64,000 nt of DNA from positions 33,823-97,822 of the forward strand of contig JACUTV010000001.1 of assembly GCA_014859645.1 (NCBI GenBank). The letters are read 5' to 3'. Positions 38,658 through 46,885 of this stretch are shown one piece after another. The stretch's first letter is position 1. The number at the start of each line of letters is the position of its first letter. The notes beneath the pieces are model-generated. The model was not told the origin of the DNA. It saw nothing but the letters and a program-made list of their open reading frames with translations, and made no database searches. The translations under genes were made by a program, and so were the position numbers. This stretch comes from Campylobacterales bacterium (GTDB lineage: Bacteria; Campylobacterota; Campylobacteria; Campylobacterales; Campylobacteraceae).

Positions 38658-40877
38658 CTGAAACGGGTATGTTTTTTGGTAGAAGGCTTGGTGCAAGGGG
38701 TGGGGTTCCGCCCCTTTGTGTATACCCTGGCATTGAGCCACGGGCTTACAGGTTTTGTCCTTAACTCCCCTGAAGGTGTGCGCATCGAAGTGGAAGGGGA
38801 TGAGGCAAGACTTGACGCCTTTGAACATGCGTTAAAGACCTCCTTGCCACCCCTTGCGCGCATCGATAGGCTACATAAGAGTTCTAAACCACAAGAACAT
38901 TCTTCTAGTTTTGAGATTCGCCAAAGCCTTCATGCTGGCGCAAAACACTCCGCTGTGTTGCCTGACATGGCCTTGTGCGCGGCGTGTGAGCAGGAGATGA
39001 ACGACCCGTCAAATCGTCGCTACGGGTACGCGTTTACCAACTGCACCAATTGTGGCCCGCGCTATTCTATCGTCCGTACAGTGCCCTATGATCGTCCCAA
39101 TACGTCCATGGAACCATTTGCCATGTGTGCCTTGTGTCAAGCTGAATACGACAATCCCCTTGACAGACGGTACCATGCCCAGCCTATTAGTTGTCCAGCT
39201 TGTGGGCCGACACTAAGCTTGCACCGCATGCGTGATGGGGTAGAATTGGTGCGAGGTGATGCGGCTATCGAGGCGTTGGCGCAGCATGTGCGCGCGGGGG
39301 AAATCGTGGCCATGAAAGGCATGGGCGGGTTTCACCTCATGTGCGATGGGGAAAATGCACAGGCTGTGGCTACGCTACGCGAGAGAAAACAGCGCCCTAC
39401 AAAACCTTTTGCGCTCATGTGCAAAGACATAGAGACCATCCACGCGCATGCACTTTTGAGTGAAGCAGAAGCGATGATGGTGTGTTCCATCCAAAAGCCC
39501 ATCGTTTTGGTCAAAAAACGGAGCACGTCCACCTTGCCAGAAGCTATTGCGCCCCATACGGATAGGCTAGGACTTTTTTTGCCCTATACGCCTTTACATG
39601 TAAGGCTTTTTTCCTTTTTAAAAGGGTGTATTGTGGCCACGAGCGCCAACCGTTCGGGCGAGCCTATTGTGGAGAATGCCGCGTTATTGCGTGAAAAATT
39701 GGCGGGTGTTGTGGATGTGTATTTGGATTATGACCGCGAGATTGTCAATGCCAGTGATGATTCAGTGGTGCAGTTGGTGGGAGAAAAACCCGTACTGTTG
39801 CGCGCTTCAAGAGGCTTGACGCCCCAAACTTTTCCCACCACTAGCCAGTGCAAGCAGACTATTTTAGCCGTAGGGGCAGAGCAAAAAAATGCTATAGCCT
39901 TGTTTCATGAGGGGAAAATCATCCAAAGCCCTTATATCGGAGACATTCATACCTTGGAAACTTTTGGTTTTTTTGAAAAAACCTTAGAGACGTTAGAGCG
40001 CTTTTATGGGGTGAAATTTGACGCCATTGTGTGCGATAAGCATCCTCATTATGCAACTTCGCGTTGGGCAAAAGCGCAAGGCGTGCCCGTACACACGGTG
40101 CAACATCACCATGCGCATATCCGTGCGGTGATGTTTGAACACGGCCTTGAAGGTCCCGTGCTTGGCGTGGCGTGGGATGGAACAGGGTATGGGGATGACG
40201 GAACCATCTGGGGCGGGGAATTTTTGCGCTGTGAGGGTAAGACGTACGAACGTGTGGCGCATTTTAAACCCTTTAAACTTCTTGGTGGGGAAGCGAGTAT
40301 TAAAGAAATTTGGCGAATTTTATATTCCATTTTTTTGGATATTCCTAAAGAACGGTGGGGTTTGCATGGAGAAAAACTTTTTGAAAAGGTGCCAAAAAAC
40401 CAACAAGAAATGTTTGAAAAAATCCATCAAAAAGGACTTAATTCTCCTTACTGTTCTTCCGTTGGAAGATTATTTGATGCGGTAGCGGTGTTAGCTTTTG
40501 GTTTAAAAAAAGTGAGCTATGATGGTGAAAGCGGTTTGCTTATTGAGCGTGCCGTAAAGGCCGAATGTTTAGATGCATACACCTTTACATGTAAGGAAAG
40601 TCTCATCACGTACGAGGAAGTCTTTTTGGCAATGCTAAAAGACAATAATGCTTTAATTAGCACAAAATTTATTAATGGACTTGTTAATTGTATTATTGAT
40701 ATAGCGCAAAAAGAAGGACTACCTCTTGTGGTTGGGGGTGGAGTCTTTCAAAATAAAACCCTTCTTGAGCGCCTAATTATCGCCTCAAAAAAGGAAAATA
40801 TCCCTCTTTATTTTCCTCAAAAAATCACTCCAAATGATGGGGGAATTGCCATAGGGCAATTAATGCAATTTATTTAG
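38658..40877 (+). CDS. hypF: [NiFe] hydrogenase maturation carbamoyltransferase HypF
   Basis: Acylphosphatase motif VQGVGFRP; two double CxxC zinc-finger pairs; YrdC and Kae1-like domains. Probable CTG start at 38658, 6 nt after AGGAG; the ORF track alternative is TTG 38676. Confidence 0.9.
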   Translation: MKRVCFLVEGLVQGVGFRPFVYTLALSHGLTGFVLNSPEGVRIEVEGDEARLDAFEHALKTSLPPLARIDRLHKSSKPQEHSSSFEIRQSLHAGAKHSAVLPDMALCAACEQEMNDPSNRRYGYAFTNCTNCGPRYSIVRTVPYDRPNTSMEPFAMCALCQAEYDNPLDRRYHAQPISCPACGPTLSLHRMRDGVELVRGDAAIEALAQHVRAGEIVAMKGMGGFHLMCDGENAQAVATLRERKQRPTKPFALMCKDIETIHAHALLSEAEAMMVCSIQKPIVLVKKRSTSTLPEAIAPHTDRLGLFLPYTPLHVRLFSFLKGCIVATSANRSGEPIVENAALLREKLAGVVDVYLDYDREIVNASDDSVVQLVGEKPVLLRASRGLTPQTFPTTSQCKQTILAVGAEQKNAIALFHEGKIIQSPYIGDIHTLETFGFFEKTLETLERFYGVKFDAIVCDKHPHYATSRWAKAQGVPVHTVQHHHAHIRAVMFEHGLEGPVLGVAWDGTGYGDDGTIWGGEFLRCEGKTYERVAHFKPFKLLGGEASIKEIWRILYSIFLDIPKERWGLHGEKLFEKVPKNQQEMFEKIHQKGLNSPYCSSVGRLFDAVAVLAFGLKKVSYDGESGLLIERAVKAECLDAYTFTCKESLITYEEVFLAMLKDNNALISTKFINGLVNCIIDIAQKEGLPLVVGGGVFQNKTLLERLIIASKKENIPLYFPQKITPNDGGIAIGQLMQFI

Positions 40878-40895
40878 CACAATAGTAACTAATCT

Positions 40896-40922
40896 TATTG
40901 CATTTTAAGTAATTTTGCAATA
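40896..40922. promoter_or_regulatory. Inverted repeat TATTGCA-N13-TGCAATA upstream of nikR (candidate NikR operator)
   Basis: Perfect 7-bp arms 37 nt upstream of the nikR ATG; the geometry resembles known NikR operators (two half-sites separated by 11-16 bp). Confidence 0.4.
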
Positions 40923-40958
40923 GTATTACTAGAACTTAACTTTCAGAAGGAAAAAACA

Positions 40959-41372
40959 ATGGATAACGTTATTCGTTTTAGTGTTTCACTCCCCGAGCAA
41001 TTGCTGGTTGAGTTGGACAAAAAAGTCTCCACCCAAGGGTATGCGTCACGAAGTGAATTTACCCGCGACTTGATTCGTGAGAAGATTGTGAAAGACAGTT
41101 GGAAAGACGATAATTCTGATGTTATTGGCGTTTTGACGATGATTTATACCCATCATCAAAATGATTTAGTACAACGCATTATTGATATTCAACATGACGC
41201 AAAAATTAAAATCATGTGTAACACCCATGTACATGTAGACCACGACAACTGTCTTGAGACAGTCATGGTGCAAGGCCAAGCCAACAAAATCCAAGATTTT
41301 GCCCAAAAAATTGGCGGCCTCAAAGGGGTTAAATTTTCCAAACTTGTGAAAGCGGCGGTTCCTGCGTCGTAA
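40959..41372 (+). CDS. nikR: Nickel-responsive regulator NikR
   Basis: 137 aa; ribbon-helix-helix [15 protein letters not shown]; C-terminal nickel-binding His/Cys (HVHVDHDNC). Confidence 0.9.
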   Translation: MDNVIRFSVSLPEQLLVELDKKVSTQGYASRSEFTRDLIREKIVKDSWKDDNSDVIGVLTMIYTHHQNDLVQRIIDIQHDAKIKIMCNTHVHVDHDNCLETVMVQGQANKIQDFAQKIGGLKGVKFSKLVKAAVPAS

Positions 41373-42069
41373 TCATTTTTGCACGGAGCCTTCTGGCTTC
41401 GTGCTCCCTCCATGCTTGTGCTAGCAAGCTTTTTTGTGTTGCTTTATCATGATTAAAACGAAACTCCGCTTCTTTGAGATAGGCTCCAAAATGTTCCCGC
41501 TTTACCCCATAAAATCCCTTTAAAAACTCCTCCAAAAAAACCCAAAAACGGCTCAGCGGCGTGGCAGAAGTGGTGAGTTTGCTAATTTTATGCCACTGGT
41601 AATAGTTGCTTAACGTGTGGATAAATTCAGGATTTGCGCGAATTTGCGCGTCATAAGTGTGCAGATGGTCAGGCATCAAAAGGGTGTAGACATGCTTGCC
41701 AGTGCTTAGCCCCATAATACCGATACCCTCGACCATTTGATAAAGATTTTTTTGCTTTGAGGCGGGTAAAAACAGATACTCTTCGTACTCACAAAATGCA
41801 CCCGCGCGGCTTTCATACGCACGCTCACAAAGGATGGCACAAAGGTGACGAAAATGGGCAAAATTCTTCTGCACTGTCGGAAGCGAAATCCCCAAGGTGT
41901 GTGCCGTGTTTTGAGGGGAGTGCTGCGCCAAAAAAGCCTCAAGAAGTTCTAGCGTTTGGGCGCGTTTGGTGGGGGAATAGCGGTGGTTGCACGCAGTGCA
42001 TTCTAATCGCCCGTCTTTAAGGAGATAAAAATGGGTGTGTTTGCAAAGAAGACAAGGGGTTGATTTCAT
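41329..42069 (-). CDS. IS1595/ISXO2-like transposase-domain protein (possibly domesticated)
   Basis: N-terminal CxxC..CxxC zinc ribbon, an HTH-like segment, and the C-terminal signature [33 protein letters not shown] typical of the ISXO2-like DDE domain. No terminal inverted repeats seen. Confidence 0.45.
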   Translation of the reverse strand: MKSTPCLLCKHTHFYLLKDGRLECTACNHRYSPTKRAQTLELLEAFLAQHSPQNTAHTLGISLPTVQKNFAHFRHLCAILCERAYESRAGAFCEYEEYLFLPASKQKNLYQMVEGIGIMGLSTGKHVYTLLMPDHLHTYDAQIRANPEFIHTLSNYYQWHKISKLTTSATPLSRFWVFLEEFLKGFYGVKREHFGAYLKEAEFRFNHDKATQKSLLAQAWREHEARRLRAKMITTQEPPLSQVWKI

Positions 42070-42146
42070 CCTGCCAGTATACCACAACTCACTCCGAAAT
42101 TTTAGTAAGCTTTCACTTTTTTAAGGGGGCTTTTACTTGGCCGGTT

Positions 42147-42176
42147 TATAATAGACATCTCTTTGTGCCTAGGCAC
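42147..42176 (+). promoter_or_regulatory. hypB leader: TATAAT box followed by the 12-bp perfect palindrome GTGCCTAGGCAC
   Basis: TATAAT at 42147..42152; palindrome at 42165..42176, between the predicted TSS and the SD. Confidence 0.3.
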
Positions 42177-42201
42177 AACTTCACACCAAAAAGGAACCTT
42201 C

Positions 42202-43011
42202 ATGTGTAAAGATTGCGGTTGTACTATCACTCGAAGTCACGACCATGACCACCACGACCACACGCACGCTCATGACCATCATCATGATCACGACCACAGC
42301 CATCACGACCACGACCATGGTCACACCCATGACCATCACCCAAACCCTCAGCTTAATGATGCCAAAACTATCGCGGTTATCACCAAGATTTTAGATGCTA
42401 ACGACAAAGAAGCGGCACATATTAGAGAGCATTTTGAAGCCCATAATGTGCTAGCGGTCAATCTCATGAGTAGCCCAGGTTCGGGGAAAACGACGCTTTT
42501 AGAAGCCACTATCGACACGGGTGCATTGAAACTCGGTGTGATTGAGGGCGATTTGGAAACCAACCAAGATGCAGACCGCATCAAAGCCAAAGGTGCCCCT
42601 GCGTATCAGATTTCAACAGGACAAGCCTGCCATTTGGATGCGTTTATGGTGCACGAGGGATTGCATGCGATGCCGCTTTCGGACCTTGACGTGGTGTTTG
42701 TAGAAAACGTGGGTAACTTGGTTTGTCCTGCGAGTTATGATGTGGGAACGCACCTAAATGTGGTGCTTTTGTCTGTACCAGAAGGCCATGACAAACCTGC
42801 AAAGTACCCCGTGATGTTTCGCACAGCGGATGTGTTGCTTATCACCAAGTGCGACTTGTTGCCCCATTTTGATTTTAGTATCGAACACGCTGTAAGAGAA
42901 GCGCGCAAACTCAACCCCAAAGTCGATGTCATCGAGATTGACAGCAAGTCAGGCAAAGGGATTGACCAGTGGGTAAATTACCTCAAAATGAAAAAGGCAT
43001 TACGCCGCTAA
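42202..43011 (+). CDS. hypB: Hydrogenase nickel-incorporation GTPase HypB with a His/Asp-rich tract
   Basis: MCKDCGC (CxxCGC) N-terminus; 34-residue H/D tract; P-loop GSPGSGKTT; start set at ATG 42202 after AAAAGGAA. Confidence 0.93.
   Translation: MCKDCGCTITRSHDHDHHDHTHAHDHHHDHDHSHHDHDHGHTHDHHPNPQLNDAKTIAVITKILDANDKEAAHIREHFEAHNVLAVNLMSSPGSGKTTLLEATIDTGALKLGVIEGDLETNQDADRIKAKGAPAYQISTGQACHLDAFMVHEGLHAMPLSDLDVVFVENVGNLVCPASYDVGTHLNVVLLSVPEGHDKPAKYPVMFRTADVLLITKCDLLPHFDFSIEHAVREARKLNPKVDVIEIDSKSGKGIDQWVNYLKMKKALRR
42238..42339 (+). repeat. Low-complexity CAY/GAY codon tract encoding the HypB His/Asp run
   Basis: Encodes HDHDHHDHTHAHDHHHDHDHSHHDHDHGHTHDHH. Confidence 0.9.
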
Positions 43012-43021
43012 AGGAAGAACG

Positions 43022-43303
43022 ATGTGTTTATCTATTCCCTCAAAAGTTGTAGAAATTGACGAAAATAACATGGCAACCGTGGACACCATGGGTGTGCGCC
43101 GTCAGGTGACACTGGATTTGATTGATGAAAAAGTCGAAGTTGGGGAGTATGTCCTCATTCATGTGGGATTTGCTATGGGGAAAATTAGCAAAGAAGACGC
43201 GGAAGAGAGCCTAAAAATCTATGAAGAAATCGTGCAAATGATGGACATAGGAGAAATAGACCACGACGAGGGCACCATGGGGAGACGGCATGGATCTGAT
43301 TGA
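43022..43303 (+). CDS. hypC: Hydrogenase assembly chaperone HypC
   Basis: 93 aa; MCLSIPSKV N-terminus. Confidence 0.92.
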   Translation: MCLSIPSKVVEIDENNMATVDTMGVRRQVTLDLIDEKVEVGEYVLIHVGFAMGKISKEDAEESLKIYEEIVQMMDIGEIDHDEGTMGRRHGSD

Positions 43304-44402
43304 AGAGTTTCGTAACCCTGAGCATGTAAAAGCCTTGGCTAAAAGTATTTACGCCGAAGTAACGCGCCCCTTGAACATCATGGAAGTGTGCGGTGGACAC
43401 ACCCATACCATCATGAAATTTGGCATCCCGCAGCTCTTGCCTAAGCAGATTCAGTTTGTGCATGGACCTGGCTGTCCTGTGTGCATCATGCCCAAAGAGC
43501 GCATCGACCACGCCTTGGCGTTGGCTTCCCAAGAGGGTGTTATTTTAGCCACGTTGGGCGACATGATTCGCGTGCCTGGAAGCAAGGGCTCTTTGCAAAC
43601 CTTGCGCGCTGAGGGTGCTGATATTCGAGCGCTCTATTCACCTTTGGATGTGCTCAAAATTGCCAAAGAAAACCCTGATAAAACAGTTGTATTTTTTGCC
43701 ATCGGCTTTGAAACCACGACGCCCATGACTGCAAGTTTGGTAAAAATGGTGTTGGCGCAAAACCTTCCCAATGTGTTGTTTCACGTTAACCACGTGTTAG
43801 TACCTGAACCCGTAGAAGCTATCATGGCAGGCGGCGATGCGAAGATTGATGCGTTTTTGGGACCTTCGCACGTGAGTGTCATCACGGGGACGAAGATTTA
43901 CGAACCTATTGTGAGCGCGTTTAGCACGCCCATCGTGGTGGCGGGGTTTGAACCTGTGGATGTGATGGAATCTATCTTGAAAATTGTGCGCCAGTTTAAC
44001 GAAGGGCGATGCGAGGTGGAAAACCAATACACCAGAGCCGTTTCACGCGAGGGAAATGTAAACGCGCAAAAACTCATCGAAACCTACTTTGAAAAACGGG
44101 AGAGTTTTCGCTGGCGAGGCATTGGGGACATCCCCCGCAGTGCGCTCAAACTCAAAGACGCGTACGCGCATCTTGATGCAGAAAAAGTCTTTGAAGCGGT
44201 GTTGCCCAAAATGCCCATCGATGACCACAAATCCTGTATTTGTGGGAAAATCCTCAAAGGCCTCGCCAAGCCCTACGAGTGCAAGGTGTTTGGTAAAGCG
44301 TGTACACCTTCAAGCCCCATGGGTTCGTGTATGGTCTCTAGCGAAGGGGCGTGTGCGGCTTACTTTAAATACGGAAAATTTACCCACAAAGGGGTGGCAT
44401 GA
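43290..44402 (+). CDS. hypD: Hydrogenase maturation protein HypD
   Basis: CGGHTH, GPGCPVC and GFETT motifs. Confidence 0.94.
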   Translation: MDLIEEFRNPEHVKALAKSIYAEVTRPLNIMEVCGGHTHTIMKFGIPQLLPKQIQFVHGPGCPVCIMPKERIDHALALASQEGVILATLGDMIRVPGSKGSLQTLRAEGADIRALYSPLDVLKIAKENPDKTVVFFAIGFETTTPMTASLVKMVLAQNLPNVLFHVNHVLVPEPVEAIMAGGDAKIDAFLGPSHVSVITGTKIYEPIVSAFSTPIVVAGFEPVDVMESILKIVRQFNEGRCEVENQYTRAVSREGNVNAQKLIETYFEKRESFRWRGIGDIPRSALKLKDAYAHLDAEKVFEAVLPKMPIDDHKSCICGKILKGLAKPYECKVFGKACTPSSPMGSCMVSSEGACAAYFKYGKFTHKGVA

Positions 44403-45397
44403 AACGGATTCAACTCTCCCAAGGCGGGGGTGGCGAAGAGACAACAGGACTGATTAAAGGCCTATTTTTCAAGCACTTTAGCAATGAAATTTTAGAAAAA
44501 ATGGAAGACGCGGCTACCTTACATGTAAAGGGTCTCATCGCCTTTACGACCGACTCTTTTACCGTTACTCCGCTTTTTTTTGAAGGGGGAAATATCGGCA
44601 AGCTAGCCATCGCTGGCACGGTCAACGACCTCGTGATGGCAGGGGCGAAACCGATGTATTTGACCTGTTCGTTCATGATAGAAGAGGGATTTTTGGTGGA
44701 AGAGCTTGAAACCATCGTCATTAGCATGAAAGAAGAGATGGCCAAAAGCGGGGTAAAGATTGTCGCAGGCGATACAAAAGTCGTGCCAAAGGGGGGTGTT
44801 GATGGGCTGTTTATTAACACCACTGGCATCGGTGAAATCGTGTGTGAGGGGATTTCAGCGCACAACCTAAGGCCTGGTCACGCGCTCATTGTTTCCAACG
44901 AAGTGGGCAACCACGGAGCGTGCATTTTAGCCAAACGGGAAGAGTTGGACTTGGAGATGAAACTCAAAACCGACTGTGCCTCCTTGTGGAGTCCTGTGGA
45001 AGCGTTGTTTGCTGCGGGTATCAAGCCCTTGGCGTTGCGCGATGCCACCAGGGGCGGGCTTTCAGCAGTACTTAACGAATGGGTAGAAGCGTCTCAGGTG
45101 GGACTTGCCATTAAAGAAGCGGCAATTCCTGTGGCGCAAGAAGTCAAGGGCATTTGCGAACTCTTGGGGTTTGAGCCTTACGAATTTGCCAATGAGGGCA
45201 CCATGGTGCTGTGCGTAGAAGCAGACGATGTGGAAAAAACCTTGGCCGTGTTACATCGGTTCGAAGAAACCCAAAAAGCACGCCATATTGGCACGGTAGT
45301 GGATGAACATGTAGGAAAAGTGGTGCTTGAAACCCCCTGGGGAAGCCACCGATTTTTAGAGCCTCCTAAGGGCGAGCTTCTTCCAAGGATTTGCTAA
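44399..45397 (+). CDS. hypE: Hydrogenase maturation protein HypE
   Basis: AIR-synthase-like fold; C-terminal PRIC motif. Confidence 0.94.
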   Translation: MKRIQLSQGGGGEETTGLIKGLFFKHFSNEILEKMEDAATLHVKGLIAFTTDSFTVTPLFFEGGNIGKLAIAGTVNDLVMAGAKPMYLTCSFMIEEGFLVEELETIVISMKEEMAKSGVKIVAGDTKVVPKGGVDGLFINTTGIGEIVCEGISAHNLRPGHALIVSNEVGNHGACILAKREELDLEMKLKTDCASLWSPVEALFAAGIKPLALRDATRGGLSAVLNEWVEASQVGLAIKEAAIPVAQEVKGICELLGFEPYEFANEGTMVLCVEADDVEKTLAVLHRFEETQKARHIGTVVDEHVGKVVLETPWGSHRFLEPPKGELLPRIC

Positions 45398-45738
45398 TGC
45401 ATGAATTTTCGATTGTCAATGCATTGTTGGATTTGTGCGAGAAAAATGCCAAAGAAAACAACGCTTCGCGGGTATTGAAAGTGGAAATCAAGGTGGGAAA
45501 ACTCAGCGGTATTGAGCCGTATTTACTCCAAACGGCCTTTGATACCTTCAAGGAAGATACGATTTGTGCAAACGCAGAACTTTTGATTGATTTGCAAGAA
45601 TTGGTGTTGTATTGTTCTGCATGTAAAAGCGAATCTGTGCTTGATAAAAATGAATTTTACTGCCCCAAATGCAACAGCGCAGAGGTTTCTATCTTGGACG
45701 GTGAAGAGATGTACCTCATGCGCCTTGAGATGGAGTAG
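45397..45738 (+). CDS. hypA: Hydrogenase nickel-insertion protein HypA
   Basis: MHEFSI N-terminus; two CxxC pairs (CSAC, CPKC); TAATG overlap with the hypE stop. Confidence 0.92.
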   Translation: MHEFSIVNALLDLCEKNAKENNASRVLKVEIKVGKLSGIEPYLLQTAFDTFKEDTICANAELLIDLQELVLYCSACKSESVLDKNEFYCPKCNSAEVSILDGEEMYLMRLEME

Positions 45739-45755
45739 GGCAACAAGGGAATGCA

Positions 45756-46247
45756 ATGATTGATTTTTACCGTGAAGCAGTCTTTGAAGACTTGCCTCAG
45801 ATTGTGAAGATTTATAACACAACGGTTGCCACAGGCATTTCAACGGCAGACACCACAGAAGTGAGCGTGGAGAGCCGTCATGCTTGGTTTTATGCCCACA
45901 CCCGTGAACGCCCCATTTTAGTCAAAGAGTACCACGGGAAAATCATCGCGTGGGTGAGCTTTCAGCCCTTTTATGGGCGGCCAGCTTATGACCAAACGGC
46001 GGAGATTAGCATCTATCTCGACCCTAACTTTAGGGGCAAGAAACTAGGACAGCAGTTTTTAGCTCAAGCCCTTGAAAAAGCTCCTGAATTTGCCATCAAA
46101 AATGTGTTGGCGTTTATTTTTAAAGACAACGATGCGAGTTTGAAGCTCTTTAAGAAATTTGGCTTTAAGGAGTGGGGCAATTTGCCTGGAATCGCGGTGA
46201 TTGAAGGGCAGGAAAAGGATTTGCTAATCTTGGGGCTAAAAGTATGA
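45756..46247 (+). CDS. GNAT-family N-acetyltransferase (phosphinothricin acetyltransferase-like)
   Basis: 163 aa; acetyl-CoA motif RGKKLGQQFL; PAT-like N-terminus. Confidence 0.78.
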   Translation: MIDFYREAVFEDLPQIVKIYNTTVATGISTADTTEVSVESRHAWFYAHTRERPILVKEYHGKIIAWVSFQPFYGRPAYDQTAEISIYLDPNFRGKKLGQQFLAQALEKAPEFAIKNVLAFIFKDNDASLKLFKKFGFKEWGNLPGIAVIEGQEKDLLILGLKV

Positions 46248-46885
46248 AATGTATCATTTTTGACATGGATGGAACGCTGGTGGACAGCAGTGTTGGCATT
46301 ACCCACAGCATCAATTACGTCCGCCAAAGCATTGGACTGCCGTATATTGGCACGGAACAATTGGTGCGGTTTATTAACGACCCTGATGAGCACTTGCCTT
46401 TGCGATTTTACGGAACGCAAGAGTACAATCCAAACCACAAAGCCCTTTTTACGGAACATTATCTGGAACATTGCACCCATGAACTTAAACTGTACGCGGG
46501 CGTGCACGACGTGTTGCGTGCCCTTCATGGGGAAGTGAAACTAGCCGTTGCTACCAATGCTTCGGATTTTTTTGCGCAAAAAATGTTAGAACATTGCGGG
46601 ATTGGACACTATTTTGAAACCATCGTCGGGGCCAATACCTTTGGGGCTTCCAAGCCCGACCCCTTGATGTTGTTTCGCTTGCTTGACTCTTTACATGTAG
46701 CTCCAAACAACGCGATTTTAGTGGGCGATAGCCTTAAAGACGCCTACGCAGCGCAAAACGCTAATATGCCCTTTGTTTACGTCACATGGGGTTTTGGAGA
46801 GTACGAAACGTCCACGCCTCACGTGGTGGATTCTCCTCAAGCACTTGCAGGTATTTTGCAACATCTTCTTAGTCAAAAATCTTGA
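46244..46885 (+). CDS. HAD-superfamily hydrolase (phosphoglycolate phosphatase-like)
   Basis: IIFDMDGTLVDS motif I, VATN motif II, VGDSLKD motif IV. Confidence 0.8.
   Translation: MKCIIFDMDGTLVDSSVGITHSINYVRQSIGLPYIGTEQLVRFINDPDEHLPLRFYGTQEYNPNHKALFTEHYLEHCTHELKLYAGVHDVLRALHGEVKLAVATNASDFFAQKMLEHCGIGHYFETIVGANTFGASKPDPLMLFRLLDSLHVAPNNAILVGDSLKDAYAAQNANMPFVYVTWGFGEYETSTPHVVDSPQALAGILQHLLSQKS

Noticed and set aside
41329-42087. An intact insertion sequence around the IS1595-like ORF.
   Set aside because: I found no terminal inverted repeats or direct target duplications in the flanks. The ORF is short and its end overlaps nikR.
42238-42339. Repetitive cac/gac/cat DNA, considered as a possible CRISPR or tandem non-coding repeat.
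   Set aside because: It is in frame within hypB and encodes the His/Asp tract. There is no repeat-spacer periodicity.
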